From: Elusimicrobiota bacterium | GTDB lineage: Bacteria > Elusimicrobiota > Elusimicrobia > Elusimicrobiales > UBA9959 | DNA length: 64,000 nt | Direction of reading: 5' to 3' | Assembly (NCBI GenBank): GCA_016208085.1 | Contig: JACQYT010000015.1 | Location: 2,775 to 66,774 of the forward strand | In this document: piece by piece, positions 10,301-17,147 of the stretch | Position numbering within the stretch: the stretch's first letter is position 1 | Layout of the letters: each line of letters opens with the position of its first letter | Made by a program: the position numbers and the translations under genes | The notes under the pieces: generated by a model | Seen by the model: the letters and a program-made list of their open reading frames with translations, nothing else | Told to the model about the DNA's origin: nothing | Databases searched by the model: none

Positions 10301-11333
10301 AACAACCGCTTCCAGCGGCACTTTCAGGTTAACCGGCGCAAACCAATACAGCATAGAAACAAGCTCCGGCATAAAAGTCAACAACGGCTTAGTGGCTACC
10401 CCTGCTTTCAGGATGACCACCGGGGCAAACGCTGATTATGTGCTTGTTTCCGACGGCAGCGGTAATGCCAAATGGTCGGCGGACACAGCCGGCGCCGCAA
10501 CTTATATTCAGGCTACTGTTGCAAGCAACGATTATATCAGAGTTAAGGGCGGAGGATCAAGTAATGCGGGTTGGCTGGAAATAGCCACCGGCGATGACGG
10601 GACGGAGCCGATATATGTAAGGCAGTATAACACAGTTCCATCCATTGTCAACGAAGCCGTATTATTGGATGGCTCCGGAAACACTTCCTTTCCCGGCACC
10701 GTCACCGCCCCTACCTTCAGCGGCAACGCGACTTCAGTGGATGGTTTTAGCGTCAACACAGCCTACAATGATTTTACCGGCAGTGAAATTCCGGTGCGCC
10801 ACGCCAGCGGCTACCTATACAGCAACTGGTTTAATATGGTCGCCAATGTCGAGACCACCAACCCCGAGTATCTGGTGGGGGAATGGGGCGGGGATAAATT
10901 TCTGCGCTACGTAACCCCCGCCAATGTCACCGTCGGCAATGTCAGCGGCATCGTGGCGGTCGCCAACGGCGGCACCGGGGCAACTACCCTGACCGGTGTG
11001 GTGCGCGGCAACGGTACCAGCGCTTTTACCGCTTCCGCCATAGTCGATGCGGACGTGCCGGACACCATCACGCTCACCGACATTACCCAGATTACCAACC
11101 GCGCCATAAGTGACACCTCCGGCACGCTGGCGGTCGGCCGCGGCGGCACAGGGCAGTCGACGTTAACATCCGGTTACGTATTGGTTGGAAACGGCACTAC
11201 CGCCGTAAACCTGGTCGCCGGCCTGACAGTTGCGGCCTTTCAGGTCGTGGGCTCCACAATAAGTTCAACTTGTTATGATTTGACTTTTACCAATGGCGTT
11301 CTCACCGGAAAAACCACAGTAACTTGTAATTAG
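7308..11333 (+). CDS. 1341-aa secreted fibre protein (tail-fibre-like repeats and C-terminus)
   Basis: Signal peptide; INYQGRL N-terminal module. Eight copies of the G-N-V/L-G-I/V-G-T...KL-V-G motif. C-terminus has WLEIATGDDGTEPIYVRQY and GGTGATTLTG / GGTGQSTLTSG motifs typical of phage tail fibres. RBS agggaga before the ATG. Confidence 0.85.
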   Translation: MRIFKNLALTLGLLGVFNLSVSAGEIKPGAVSGSINYQGRLERDNAPVTGIVHLTFRIYNAAEGGTLRWPTPACPSSEITATATQGIFSASIAPCWEVFSLAEQLYLEVQVESDVLSPREPLNSVVYAMVAKKLEDGSSISVTTLAASYQVLLATVSGNVGIGSMAAAPDKKLTVNGGIRILSDGYYFPDGTLQNTAGVAGAGNLSNPSDAVVTSDSDNSGGGDIILQIYSAERARVLASNGNLGVGAAAPSERLEVNGNLANTAGTFAIYSRDYLVSRPRDASNAVFRLMPRDDNSAAPSSISALELYTLTDTSTGTPVNYTRGVMIMTANGLEFYQEKGGAGSELPILFKTGGAERMRIVTGGNVSVGGLPNPTDNFQAAGDISANTGVRGARVSIGDYSTWTNLPNEIRSEAGYHLLLQQTNSYNVGIGTDSPKEKLHVRGSVMADYGISAATAAFSDAVTVGANFTANSGQGSVVKLSSTVIYGTLTVYGAVGSDKGWPAYLASTQTFTGQNTFARQVAALSDLTVANRLGVGAAGFSFAPSEYLQVGDGLVANDDAQAYLMSGAGTGNSKIYFYRGPTEAARLETQNGSNLALVAGNTKSLVDSTYYRIYNSVFWVSTGTNNATPAIFVSSWMGNVGVGTAVLDPNWKLTVSGNIRISGPASNGIIFADGTTLTSANLGGISAGAISHNEDAIVQSDADLNGSGSVVLRAGALDGLALNTGGNVGVGTLYPVARLNVRGGDLVLGTPYNPYASDSKEDLILGGNLVVDGSIEQRAASMAIFSGLTVTNNVYLSTVAAARTGIGTDNPQYKLDVVGDVNLSGALMSGGTQRMSATGVLSNTTWNGATITVPYGGTGVTSLTSGGILYGNGTAAIAPTAVLANGQLLIGDGSGAPTLATLTPTANQVNVTNAAGAITLSLPQDINSGASPAFAGLTVGSLTGVIKGATGVLSAMTGTTNQITRWSDADTIGASSILTDDSARFTVSAPADLTGSITTASSGTFRLTGANQYSIETSSGIKVNNGLVATPAFRMTTGANADYVLVSDGSGNAKWSADTAGAATYIQATVASNDYIRVKGGGSSNAGWLEIATGDDGTEPIYVRQYNTVPSIVNEAVLLDGSGNTSFPGTVTAPTFSGNATSVDGFSVNTAYNDFTGSEIPVRHASGYLYSNWFNMVANVETTNPEYLVGEWGGDKFLRYVTPANVTVGNVSGIVAVANGGTGATTLTGVVRGNGTSAFTASAIVDADVPDTITLTDITQITNRAISDTSGTLAVGRGGTGQSTLTSGYVLVGNGTTAVNLVAGLTVAAFQVVGSTISSTCYDLTFTNGVLTGKTTVTCN

Positions 11334-11384
11334 GGGGTATAGGGGGTGTATAGGGGACGTTTCTCAATATCTCAATAACTTTGT

Positions 11385-11450
11385 ATGGAAACAAAATTCA
11401 GGAAAATTAGGGAAAATAGTAGGAAAATAGAGACAGACACCATTTATTAA
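11385..11450 (+). pseudogene. 5' stub of a RAYT (REP-associated tyrosine transposase) gene
   Basis: ATG GAA ACA AAA TTC AGG (METKFRK). The same 19 nt (tggaaacaaaattcaggaa) recur at 11791; the reading frame collapses after 21 codons. Confidence 0.45.
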
Positions 11451-11509
11451 TCTGGAAGAGGGTTACGATAAACCATTGGAGTTGACGATTCCGCTGGAGG
11501 TGGTCCAGG

Positions 11510-11689
11510 ATGAATAATAGCCGTTATCCAAAATCATTGGAAGAGGTATGGCGGTGGAAAGAAGCCGTGCATAGAGACATGAAAAACATGCCGCATATAA
11601 CGCGGAATATTTCTGCCCGTGCGAAAGCGGTCACGGAGCGGTTGAATCTGCGAAGGGTTTCATCTTCTTTTAATTCCGCGTCAAAATAA
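11510..11689 (+). CDS. 59-aa hypothetical protein (below the ORF-track cutoff)
   Basis: Own translation MNNSRYPKSLEEVWRWKEAVHRDMKNM...; GGAGGTGG RBS 8 nt upstream; AT-rich accessory patch. Confidence 0.3.
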   Translation: MNNSRYPKSLEEVWRWKEAVHRDMKNMPHITRNISARAKAVTERLNLRRVSSSFNSASK

Positions 11690-11790
11690 AGAATTGACGA
11701 GTTGAAGACAATTCTTATCCGGCATAAGCGGGAATTAAGAAACCGATTGTAACTACTGATATGAACGAGCCTGTCAAGTCCCCCAATCAT

Positions 11791-12011
11791 TTGGAAACAA
11801 AATTCAGGAAGAGTATCAGGCTGAAAAATTACGATTATTCCGTATTACAAAAATTGTAGCGGGCGGATTACCATCCGCCTTGAAAACGCCGCATAGCAAT
11901 GCGGCCGCAACAGATAAGGGAATATGGCAATGGAATTATTACGAACATGTGATACGAAATGAAAAAGCGTTATCAAAAATTGAATCGGGATGAGTTGGAT
12001 AATTGCGAATA
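11791..12011 (+). pseudogene. Decayed RAYT / IS200-like Y1 transposase remnant
   Basis: Frame A reads (M)ETKFRKSIRLKNYDYS, a typical RAYT N-terminus. A second frame reads GIWQWNYYEHVIRNEKAL, a typical RAYT C-terminal box. The catalytic core is missing and the frames are broken. Confidence 0.55.
11855..11912. repeat. REP element (TGTAGCGG family) inside the RAYT remnant
   Basis: tgtagcgggcggattaccatccgcc...gccgcatagcaatgcggccgcaaca; two inner hairpins closed by an outer stem. Confidence 0.7.
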
Positions 12012-12054
12012 ACCGGTGCAGCGGGCGGATTTTCGCCTTAGAGGAGACAAAAAT

Positions 12055-12408
12055 ATGGGTCATACATGGATTGATGTGCATATATCAAACACTGATAAAA
12101 CCAAGGCTAAAGGCGTGAAAGGATTGATAGACGCCGGCGCTACTTTGACTACCATACCAAGAGTTCTTGCTGATGAATTAGGCATTCAAACGTTTATGAG
12201 GGAACAAGTTGAAACCGGCGCGGGGAATATTGAAATAGACAAGGGCAGGATTATTATCACTATCGGCAGGAAAGAGGATATTCAAACAATCTGGATATCC
12301 GATATCATAGACAAAGTTTTAATAGGCCGCGTTACATTAGAGATGCTGGGCATTAAAGTGAATCCGGTAATCGACAAGATTGAGGAAACAACTTTAATGT
12401 TGTATTGA
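12055..12408 (+). CDS. Retropepsin-like (clan AA) aspartic protease
   Basis: GLIDAGATLTTIP contains the D-[TSA]-G active-site motif. Length about 117 aa. GAGGAG RBS before ATG 12055 (the ORF track starts at GTG 12016). Confidence 0.65.
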   Translation: MGHTWIDVHISNTDKTKAKGVKGLIDAGATLTTIPRVLADELGIQTFMREQVETGAGNIEIDKGRIIITIGRKEDIQTIWISDIIDKVLIGRVTLEMLGIKVNPVIDKIEETTLMLY

Positions 12409-12418
12409 GAAAATACCA

Positions 12419-13222
12419 TCACTTGCCGGAACCGGACGGGGCGGCCCATTTTTTCCAGGTTTTTTCGAACTGCTCCGCGCTCCCGAAGCCGTATGCGCTG
12501 AATAAGGCGCGCTCAACATCTTCCCCATCCCTCAATTGCCGGCAGAATTTTTCAAATTTAAACGGAGAATTAGCCTTTTTAAGAAAGCGGACGACGCTGT
12601 GAGCCTGAGAATAAAAATCCTGCACGGAATCGGGATCGGGAATTTTCTTCAGCTTTAAGAAAACCGCCGCAGGCAGCGGTTCGTTCACGTGAGGCCGGTA
12701 CGAAGACTTCACACGGCCAGCCGTCTCCTCCACCATCATTTCAGCCAGGCCTTCGTTCAGCCAGAGGGGGATGCGAGCGGGAGCCCGTTTAAAGAAACTC
12801 GCAAAATACAGGTGCGTCAGTTCATGGGCGACGGTTCGCGGGCAGAAAGGCTCATAGACGGCCAGGGACCATTGCGCGCCGCGCCGGCCGCAGTTATAAA
12901 CTATTCCGCCGGACCATGCCGGAGGCTTGAACCGGCCTTCAAGATAGCTGTTCCGGTCCTTATAAAGATAAACCTCCACCTTTTCCGTGTCCATCCACGA
13001 ACTTAAGGTCCACAATTCCTTGCGCAAACAGCGGAAGATCTTTTCCATCTCCGCGCCGATCCACTTAGCGGACCTGGTATTTTCCTGATGGATCAGGAAA
13101 TGGGACGTCCACCGGGTGTTCCAGCCGCTTTCCCCCGCGACCAGCAGGGCGGGGAGCAAAGCTAACCCGAAAAATGCGATTGGCCGGGGCAAGAAGGGGA
13201 TTTTTTTGCCGCATTTTTTCAT
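12419..13222 (-). CDS. Peptidase MA-like zinc metallopeptidase (HExxH)
   Basis: VAHELTHLYF plus WLNEGLAEMM. Start taken at MKKCGKKIPFL (signal/TM), to avoid overlap with waaA. Confidence 0.7.
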   Translation of the reverse strand: MKKCGKKIPFLPRPIAFFGLALLPALLVAGESGWNTRWTSHFLIHQENTRSAKWIGAEMEKIFRCLRKELWTLSSWMDTEKVEVYLYKDRNSYLEGRFKPPAWSGGIVYNCGRRGAQWSLAVYEPFCPRTVAHELTHLYFASFFKRAPARIPLWLNEGLAEMMVEETAGRVKSSYRPHVNEPLPAAVFLKLKKIPDPDSVQDFYSQAHSVVRFLKKANSPFKFEKFCRQLRDGEDVERALFSAYGFGSAEQFEKTWKKWAAPSGSGK

Positions 13223-13278
13223 CCGACATCCGCCTAAGGCGGACGGTTTTAACTGTAGCTTTTGGGCTGATAAACCCA

Positions 13279-14622
13279 TTATTTGAGCCATTTTTCTATT
13301 ATTGCTATCGTTTTTGCTGTGGCGCCCTGGAGGTTTTCAAGGGCTTTTCTGGCGTTGCCGCCGGCGGCCTTCCTGAGATCGGCGTCTTTCAGCAGGACCT
13401 CCAGCCTGGCGCGCAGTTCCTCTCCGTCTTCAACCATGAAGCCGCCCCGGACTTTTAAAAGCATTTCGGCGGCTTCCCTGGCGCTCTGCACATGCGGCCC
13501 GAACAGGACAGGTTTTGAGAAAGAAGCCGGCTCAAGCAGGTTGTGACCGCCCACGTTGACCAGCGTCCCGCCCACAAAAACGGCGGCGGAAAGAGGATAG
13601 AAATTTATAAGCCGGCCTATTTCATCTACCAGCAGGCAGTCGGGGCTGCCCCCACCCTTGCCCTCCCCCGCAAGGGGGGAGGAATATTGTGACATCCCTG
13701 CTTCGCTCCAGACTATAAAGGGGATGTTTTTAAGGGTGAGCAGCGCCCGCGCCTCCCCGGCCCGCTCGGGGTGGCGGGGGACAAGGACCAGTTTTAAGCC
13801 GGGAGCGGTTTCTTTGAGCGCCAGGTAGGAGTCCAGTATCGCTTCTTCTTCGCCCCGGTGCGTGCTGGCCGCGGTCCAGATAGTTTTTCCGGTCCAGGAT
13901 ATTTTTTCCAGAAAGGCGTTTATCCCTTCAAGCTTGTCCGGATTGGCGTCCGGCAGGTCGTATTTTATGTTTCCGGTGCAGACGACCTTTGAGCCGTCTT
14001 TCAGGAGTCCGGCGTAGTTGGCGGCGTCCGGGACGCTGGCCGCGAGGATCTTTTCCACGCCCGAGAATATTTTGGCCGTCAGCGGAGACAGTGCCCTGTA
14101 GAGGACGAGCGTTTTTTGCGACAGGCGCCCGTTTATTATGCAGATCTTGACGCCTGCCGCGGCCGCGCACACGAGCAGATTGGGCCAGAGCTCCGTTTCG
14201 GCTATCAGCAGAACCTTCGGCCCGGCCCTGTTTATGAACCGTTTCATGAACGGATAAAAATCAAGCGGCAGGAGCCTGGCGTGCGGGGTGAGTTTAAGCG
14301 CCTCCGTGCGGCCGGCCCGGGTGGAGGTGGTTATCATAATGGGAACCGCCGGGAATTTTTGCTTTATGATTTCCGCCAGTTTTTTAACGGCTTTCGCCTC
14401 TCCCACGGACGCCGCGTGAAGCCAGATCGGCTGCCGCGGCAGAGCCGCCCCGGAAAATGCGAACCTTTCGCCCAGCTCGGAAAGAAAACTTTTCAGCAAG
14501 TTCCGGCGCGGCGAAAAAAAGAAAAAAAGAAGATAAAAAACGGCTATAAACGGGGCCAGCAGATTGTAAAGAAAAAAAAGAATCGTTCCCATAAAAATTT
14601 TCGCGGCAAAAATTTTTACCAT
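13279..14622 (-). CDS. waaA: 3-deoxy-D-manno-octulosonic acid transferase (WaaA/KdtA)
   Basis: IWLHAASVGEAKAV and LLVDEIGRL motifs. The first 10 codons (MVKIFAAKIF) are encoded by a palindromic element, so the start may be M11 at 14592. Confidence 0.85.
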   Translation of the reverse strand: MVKIFAAKIFMGTILFFLYNLLAPFIAVFYLLFFFFSPRRNLLKSFLSELGERFAFSGAALPRQPIWLHAASVGEAKAVKKLAEIIKQKFPAVPIMITTSTRAGRTEALKLTPHARLLPLDFYPFMKRFINRAGPKVLLIAETELWPNLLVCAAAAGVKICIINGRLSQKTLVLYRALSPLTAKIFSGVEKILAASVPDAANYAGLLKDGSKVVCTGNIKYDLPDANPDKLEGINAFLEKISWTGKTIWTAASTHRGEEEAILDSYLALKETAPGLKLVLVPRHPERAGEARALLTLKNIPFIVWSEAGMSQYSSPLAGEGKGGGSPDCLLVDEIGRLINFYPLSAAVFVGGTLVNVGGHNLLEPASFSKPVLFGPHVQSAREAAEMLLKVRGGFMVEDGEELRARLEVLLKDADLRKAAGGNARKALENLQGATAKTIAIIEKWLK

Positions 14623-14693
14623 ACCCCGTTGCAGCGGCGGATGTAAATCCGCCTGAAGGGCGATTCACATCGCCCGCTACAGGGCGGGGTAAC
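14593..14693 (-). repeat. Partial composite element X (copy 4) with a REP in its CCCCG/CGGGG stem
   Basis: aaaaattttcgcggcaaaaatttttaccataccccg [REP 14629-14682] ggcggggtaac. Same frame as copies at 38040-38068 and 57510-57531. Confidence 0.65.
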
Positions 14694-14704
14694 GGAGTTA
14701 GCCT

Positions 14705-15499
14705 TCATCCTTTCTCCAGTAGCTCTTCGGCTTTCAGGCCGGTTTCATTCAGGACTTTTTCAAGCTCTGCCGCGCTTTCTTCAAGGCCGGCCGCCTGCGG
14801 GAGATAAAACGGCGCCGAATAGGCGACGACGGCCCTGCCGAACGGAAGAGGTATCTGAAACCGGTCCCAGGAGCGGGTCAGGATTTTATTGGACAGGGCG
14901 CCGGCGATGGCTATTATAGGCAGCCCCGTTTTCCGGGCCAGATAAACCGCGCCTTTCTGCACTTTGCGGGCCGGGCCCTTCGGACCGTCCGGCGTGATTG
15001 CCAGCGTTTGGCCGTCACGGGCGCATTGGATAAGCTGGATCAGGGAACGCAATCCGCCGGAACTGGTGGAGCCGCGCACCAGGACATAATTGAAACGCTC
15101 AAGCATCTGCGCCGCATATTCCCCGTCCCCGCTTTTGCTTGCCAGCGCGGTTATGCCCCGGCCGCGGTGGGCGTAAATGAGGAAGGCCTGCTGACAGTGC
15201 CAGATGACGTATATGACCTGCCCCGCCCTTTGGCCCGTTCGGAAAAAGGGCGGGGCCTGCCCAACGTCCGCAGGCTCGTTCGCGCCTTGAGGCGGGGGGA
15301 GGGTCCCAGCGGGCGGAGGGAGGGGCGCGCCGTAGAACTTGATGGAAGTGGTAAACCCCACCAGCCTCAGATAGAAACACCCGGCCAGGGCCGCCAGGCG
15401 GTGAATAAACCCGAAAAATTTAGTTGAATTTTCCGGGAAGGCTAAAGGATTAGGGATAAAGGCTAAGGGGCGAAAAAACCGTTGTATCTTTTCCTTCAT
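14705..15499 (-). CDS. DUF374-type lysophospholipid acyltransferase family protein
   Basis: LAITPDGPKGPARKV motif; sits next to waaA as is usual for DUF374. N-terminus MKEKIQRFFRPLAFIPNPLAF is encoded by a class B element. Confidence 0.7.
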   Translation of the reverse strand: MKEKIQRFFRPLAFIPNPLAFPENSTKFFGFIHRLAALAGCFYLRLVGFTTSIKFYGAPLPPPAGTLPPPQGANEPADVGQAPPFFRTGQRAGQVIYVIWHCQQAFLIYAHRGRGITALASKSGDGEYAAQMLERFNYVLVRGSTSSGGLRSLIQLIQCARDGQTLAITPDGPKGPARKVQKGAVYLARKTGLPIIAIAGALSNKILTRSWDRFQIPLPFGRAVVAYSAPFYLPQAAGLEESAAELEKVLNETGLKAEELLEKG

Positions 15500-15519
15500 C
15501 CTTTATCCTTTAGCCTTTC
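15435..15519 (-). repeat. Class B word hairpin (AAGGATAAAGGCT family) carrying the start codon of 14705..15499
   Basis: Arms 15435-15470 and 15489-15519. On the gene strand: gaaaggctaaaggataaaggATGaaggaaaag...ccttagcctttatccctaatcctttagcc. Confidence 0.75.
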
Positions 15520-16138
15520 AATTTCCGGGAGCGGCGGAGAGTTTCTTCTTTTTCCGGGACAGCCAGGGGAGGGCGAAAAGCAGAGAATATTTAGGGCTGA
15601 GCGTTCCGTTTTCAAATCCGACTCCGATTTTATCGGCCTGAAGCCTGGCCAACGCCGCCGCTGCGGTCCCAGGGTTCGCGGCGGACGGCCGGCCTTCAGT
15701 CTCCGGTTGGGGGCAGGCGAACAGGTACGCGGCGTCTCCGGGTTCAAAACTTTCCATGCCGCTTTCCTGCGAGATAAGCTCGGTTATCACTTTAAGGCCC
15801 GTGTCGCCGAACACCAGCGCGGCCGTTTCCGCCAGTCTCAAAAGGTCAGGTTCCTTAATACCCCCGAGCTTGTCCGCGAAGGGAGCGCCTAAAGTGAGCG
15901 CGCCCAGGGTGAGCGACCCGCCTTCAAGGGGTCCCGGCCCTTTGGCCAGCGGGTCCTTCGGATCCAGGAAGTCAAAAACAACGGCGGGCTCTATGGCGGC
16001 GGCCAGGGAGGCGATATATTCCCTGGCGCTTTCCTGCGCGGCCAGCCCCAGGGCGAACAGATCTATTTTGCGCTTTTTGGCCTTGCGCAGGATGTCGTAG
16101 GTGTAGACAGGTATTTTAAATTTTTTTATCTTTCGCAT
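15518..16138 (-). CDS. Hypothetical protein
   Basis: 206-aa ORF with no motif I recognise; the plus-strand overlaps look like shadows. Confidence 0.5.
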   Translation of the reverse strand: MRKIKKFKIPVYTYDILRKAKKRKIDLFALGLAAQESAREYIASLAAAIEPAVVFDFLDPKDPLAKGPGPLEGGSLTLGALTLGAPFADKLGGIKEPDLLRLAETAALVFGDTGLKVITELISQESGMESFEPGDAAYLFACPQPETEGRPSAANPGTAAAALARLQADKIGVGFENGTLSPKYSLLFALPWLSRKKKKLSAAPGN

Positions 16139-16256
16139 ATTTCCGTTTCTTTCCTGTATCGGCGAGGCTAAATCTCACCGGCGTTCACTGGTAAACCATA
16201 TAGCTATAGTCGTTTGACAGGCGAACGGTTACCCGAAAATTGCGGCAATTTTCGGG

Positions 16257-17147
16257 TTACTTCCTCCGTCTCTCCCACTGGTACACCAGCGGGGTGGCTA
16301 TGGCGATGGTGGAATAAGTCCCGCAAATACTGCCCACCAGCATGGCGAACGCGAAGTTGTTGATGACGTCGCCGCCGAATATGAAAAGCGTCAGCACCAC
16401 GCCGAGGACCGTAGCGTTGGTGATAAGGGTCCGGGAGAGCGTTTCGTTGACGCTGACGTTGACCAGCTCGCCGAGGAGCATTTTGGGAAACTTTTTTATA
16501 TTCTCGCGCATCCGGTCGAAGATGACTATCGTGTCGTTGATGGAGTAACCGGCGATGGTTAAAAGCGCCGCCACTACCACCAGGTCCACTTCCCGGTTGG
16601 TTATTGACATGGCGCCGAAAGTTACCCACACGTCATGCAGCAGCGCGATAACGCCCGCCGCGCCCCAGACGGGGTTAGAGAACCGAAACGCGACGTAAAT
16701 GATGATGCCGAACAGGGAAAGTATTATGGCGAACAGGGCTTTTTTGCTCAGGTCCCTGCCGACCACCGGCCCGACATAATCCCTTTTTTCTTCCGAAAAA
16801 GTATTGCCCCGGGTATTGGCCTTAAGACCCTGGAGGAGCTTATCGGCTGTCTCATTGACGTTTTCCTGCTTGCCTTTGACCTTTAAGGCGAAGGCATTGC
16901 GGCCGGTAAAGGTCTGAATGCCGGCTTCTATATTGGCGGACTTTACGGCTTGCCTGACCTGGGCGATGGTTATGGGCTTGTCGAACTTCACCTGGAGAAG
17001 CGTTCCGCCGGTGAAATCAAGGCCGAGGTTCGCGCCTTTGACCGCCACGGAAGCGGCGCCCAGGGCTAGGGCCAAGCCTGAAATGGCGAAAAATATATGC
17101 CGCCTGGCTATGAAATTGATGTTTGTCTTTCCGATGAGGATGATCAT
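16257..17147 (-). CDS. secF: Protein translocase subunit SecF
   Basis: Six-TM SecF pattern: NFIARRHIFFAISGLAL...FDRMRENIKK. Confidence 0.9.
   Translation of the reverse strand: MIILIGKTNINFIARRHIFFAISGLALALGAASVAVKGANLGLDFTGGTLLQVKFDKPITIAQVRQAVKSANIEAGIQTFTGRNAFALKVKGKQENVNETADKLLQGLKANTRGNTFSEEKRDYVGPVVGRDLSKKALFAIILSLFGIIIYVAFRFSNPVWGAAGVIALLHDVWVTFGAMSITNREVDLVVVAALLTIAGYSINDTIVIFDRMRENIKKFPKMLLGELVNVSVNETLSRTLITNATVLGVVLTLFIFGGDVINNFAFAMLVGSICGTYSTIAIATPLVYQWERRRK

Noticed and set aside
7308-11333. Prophage or phage-tail-like particle locus
   Set aside because: Only the fibre genes have phage-like motifs. There are no capsid, terminase, portal, sheath, tube, baseplate or integrase genes in the window. 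The fibres carry Sec-type signal peptides.
11524-12081. Minus-strand ORFs 11524..11790 (88 aa) and 11845..12081 (78 aa)
   Set aside because: They have no RBS and lie antisense to the RBS-preceded 59-aa ORF and to the RAYT remnant respectively. Their sequences look like AT-rich noise.
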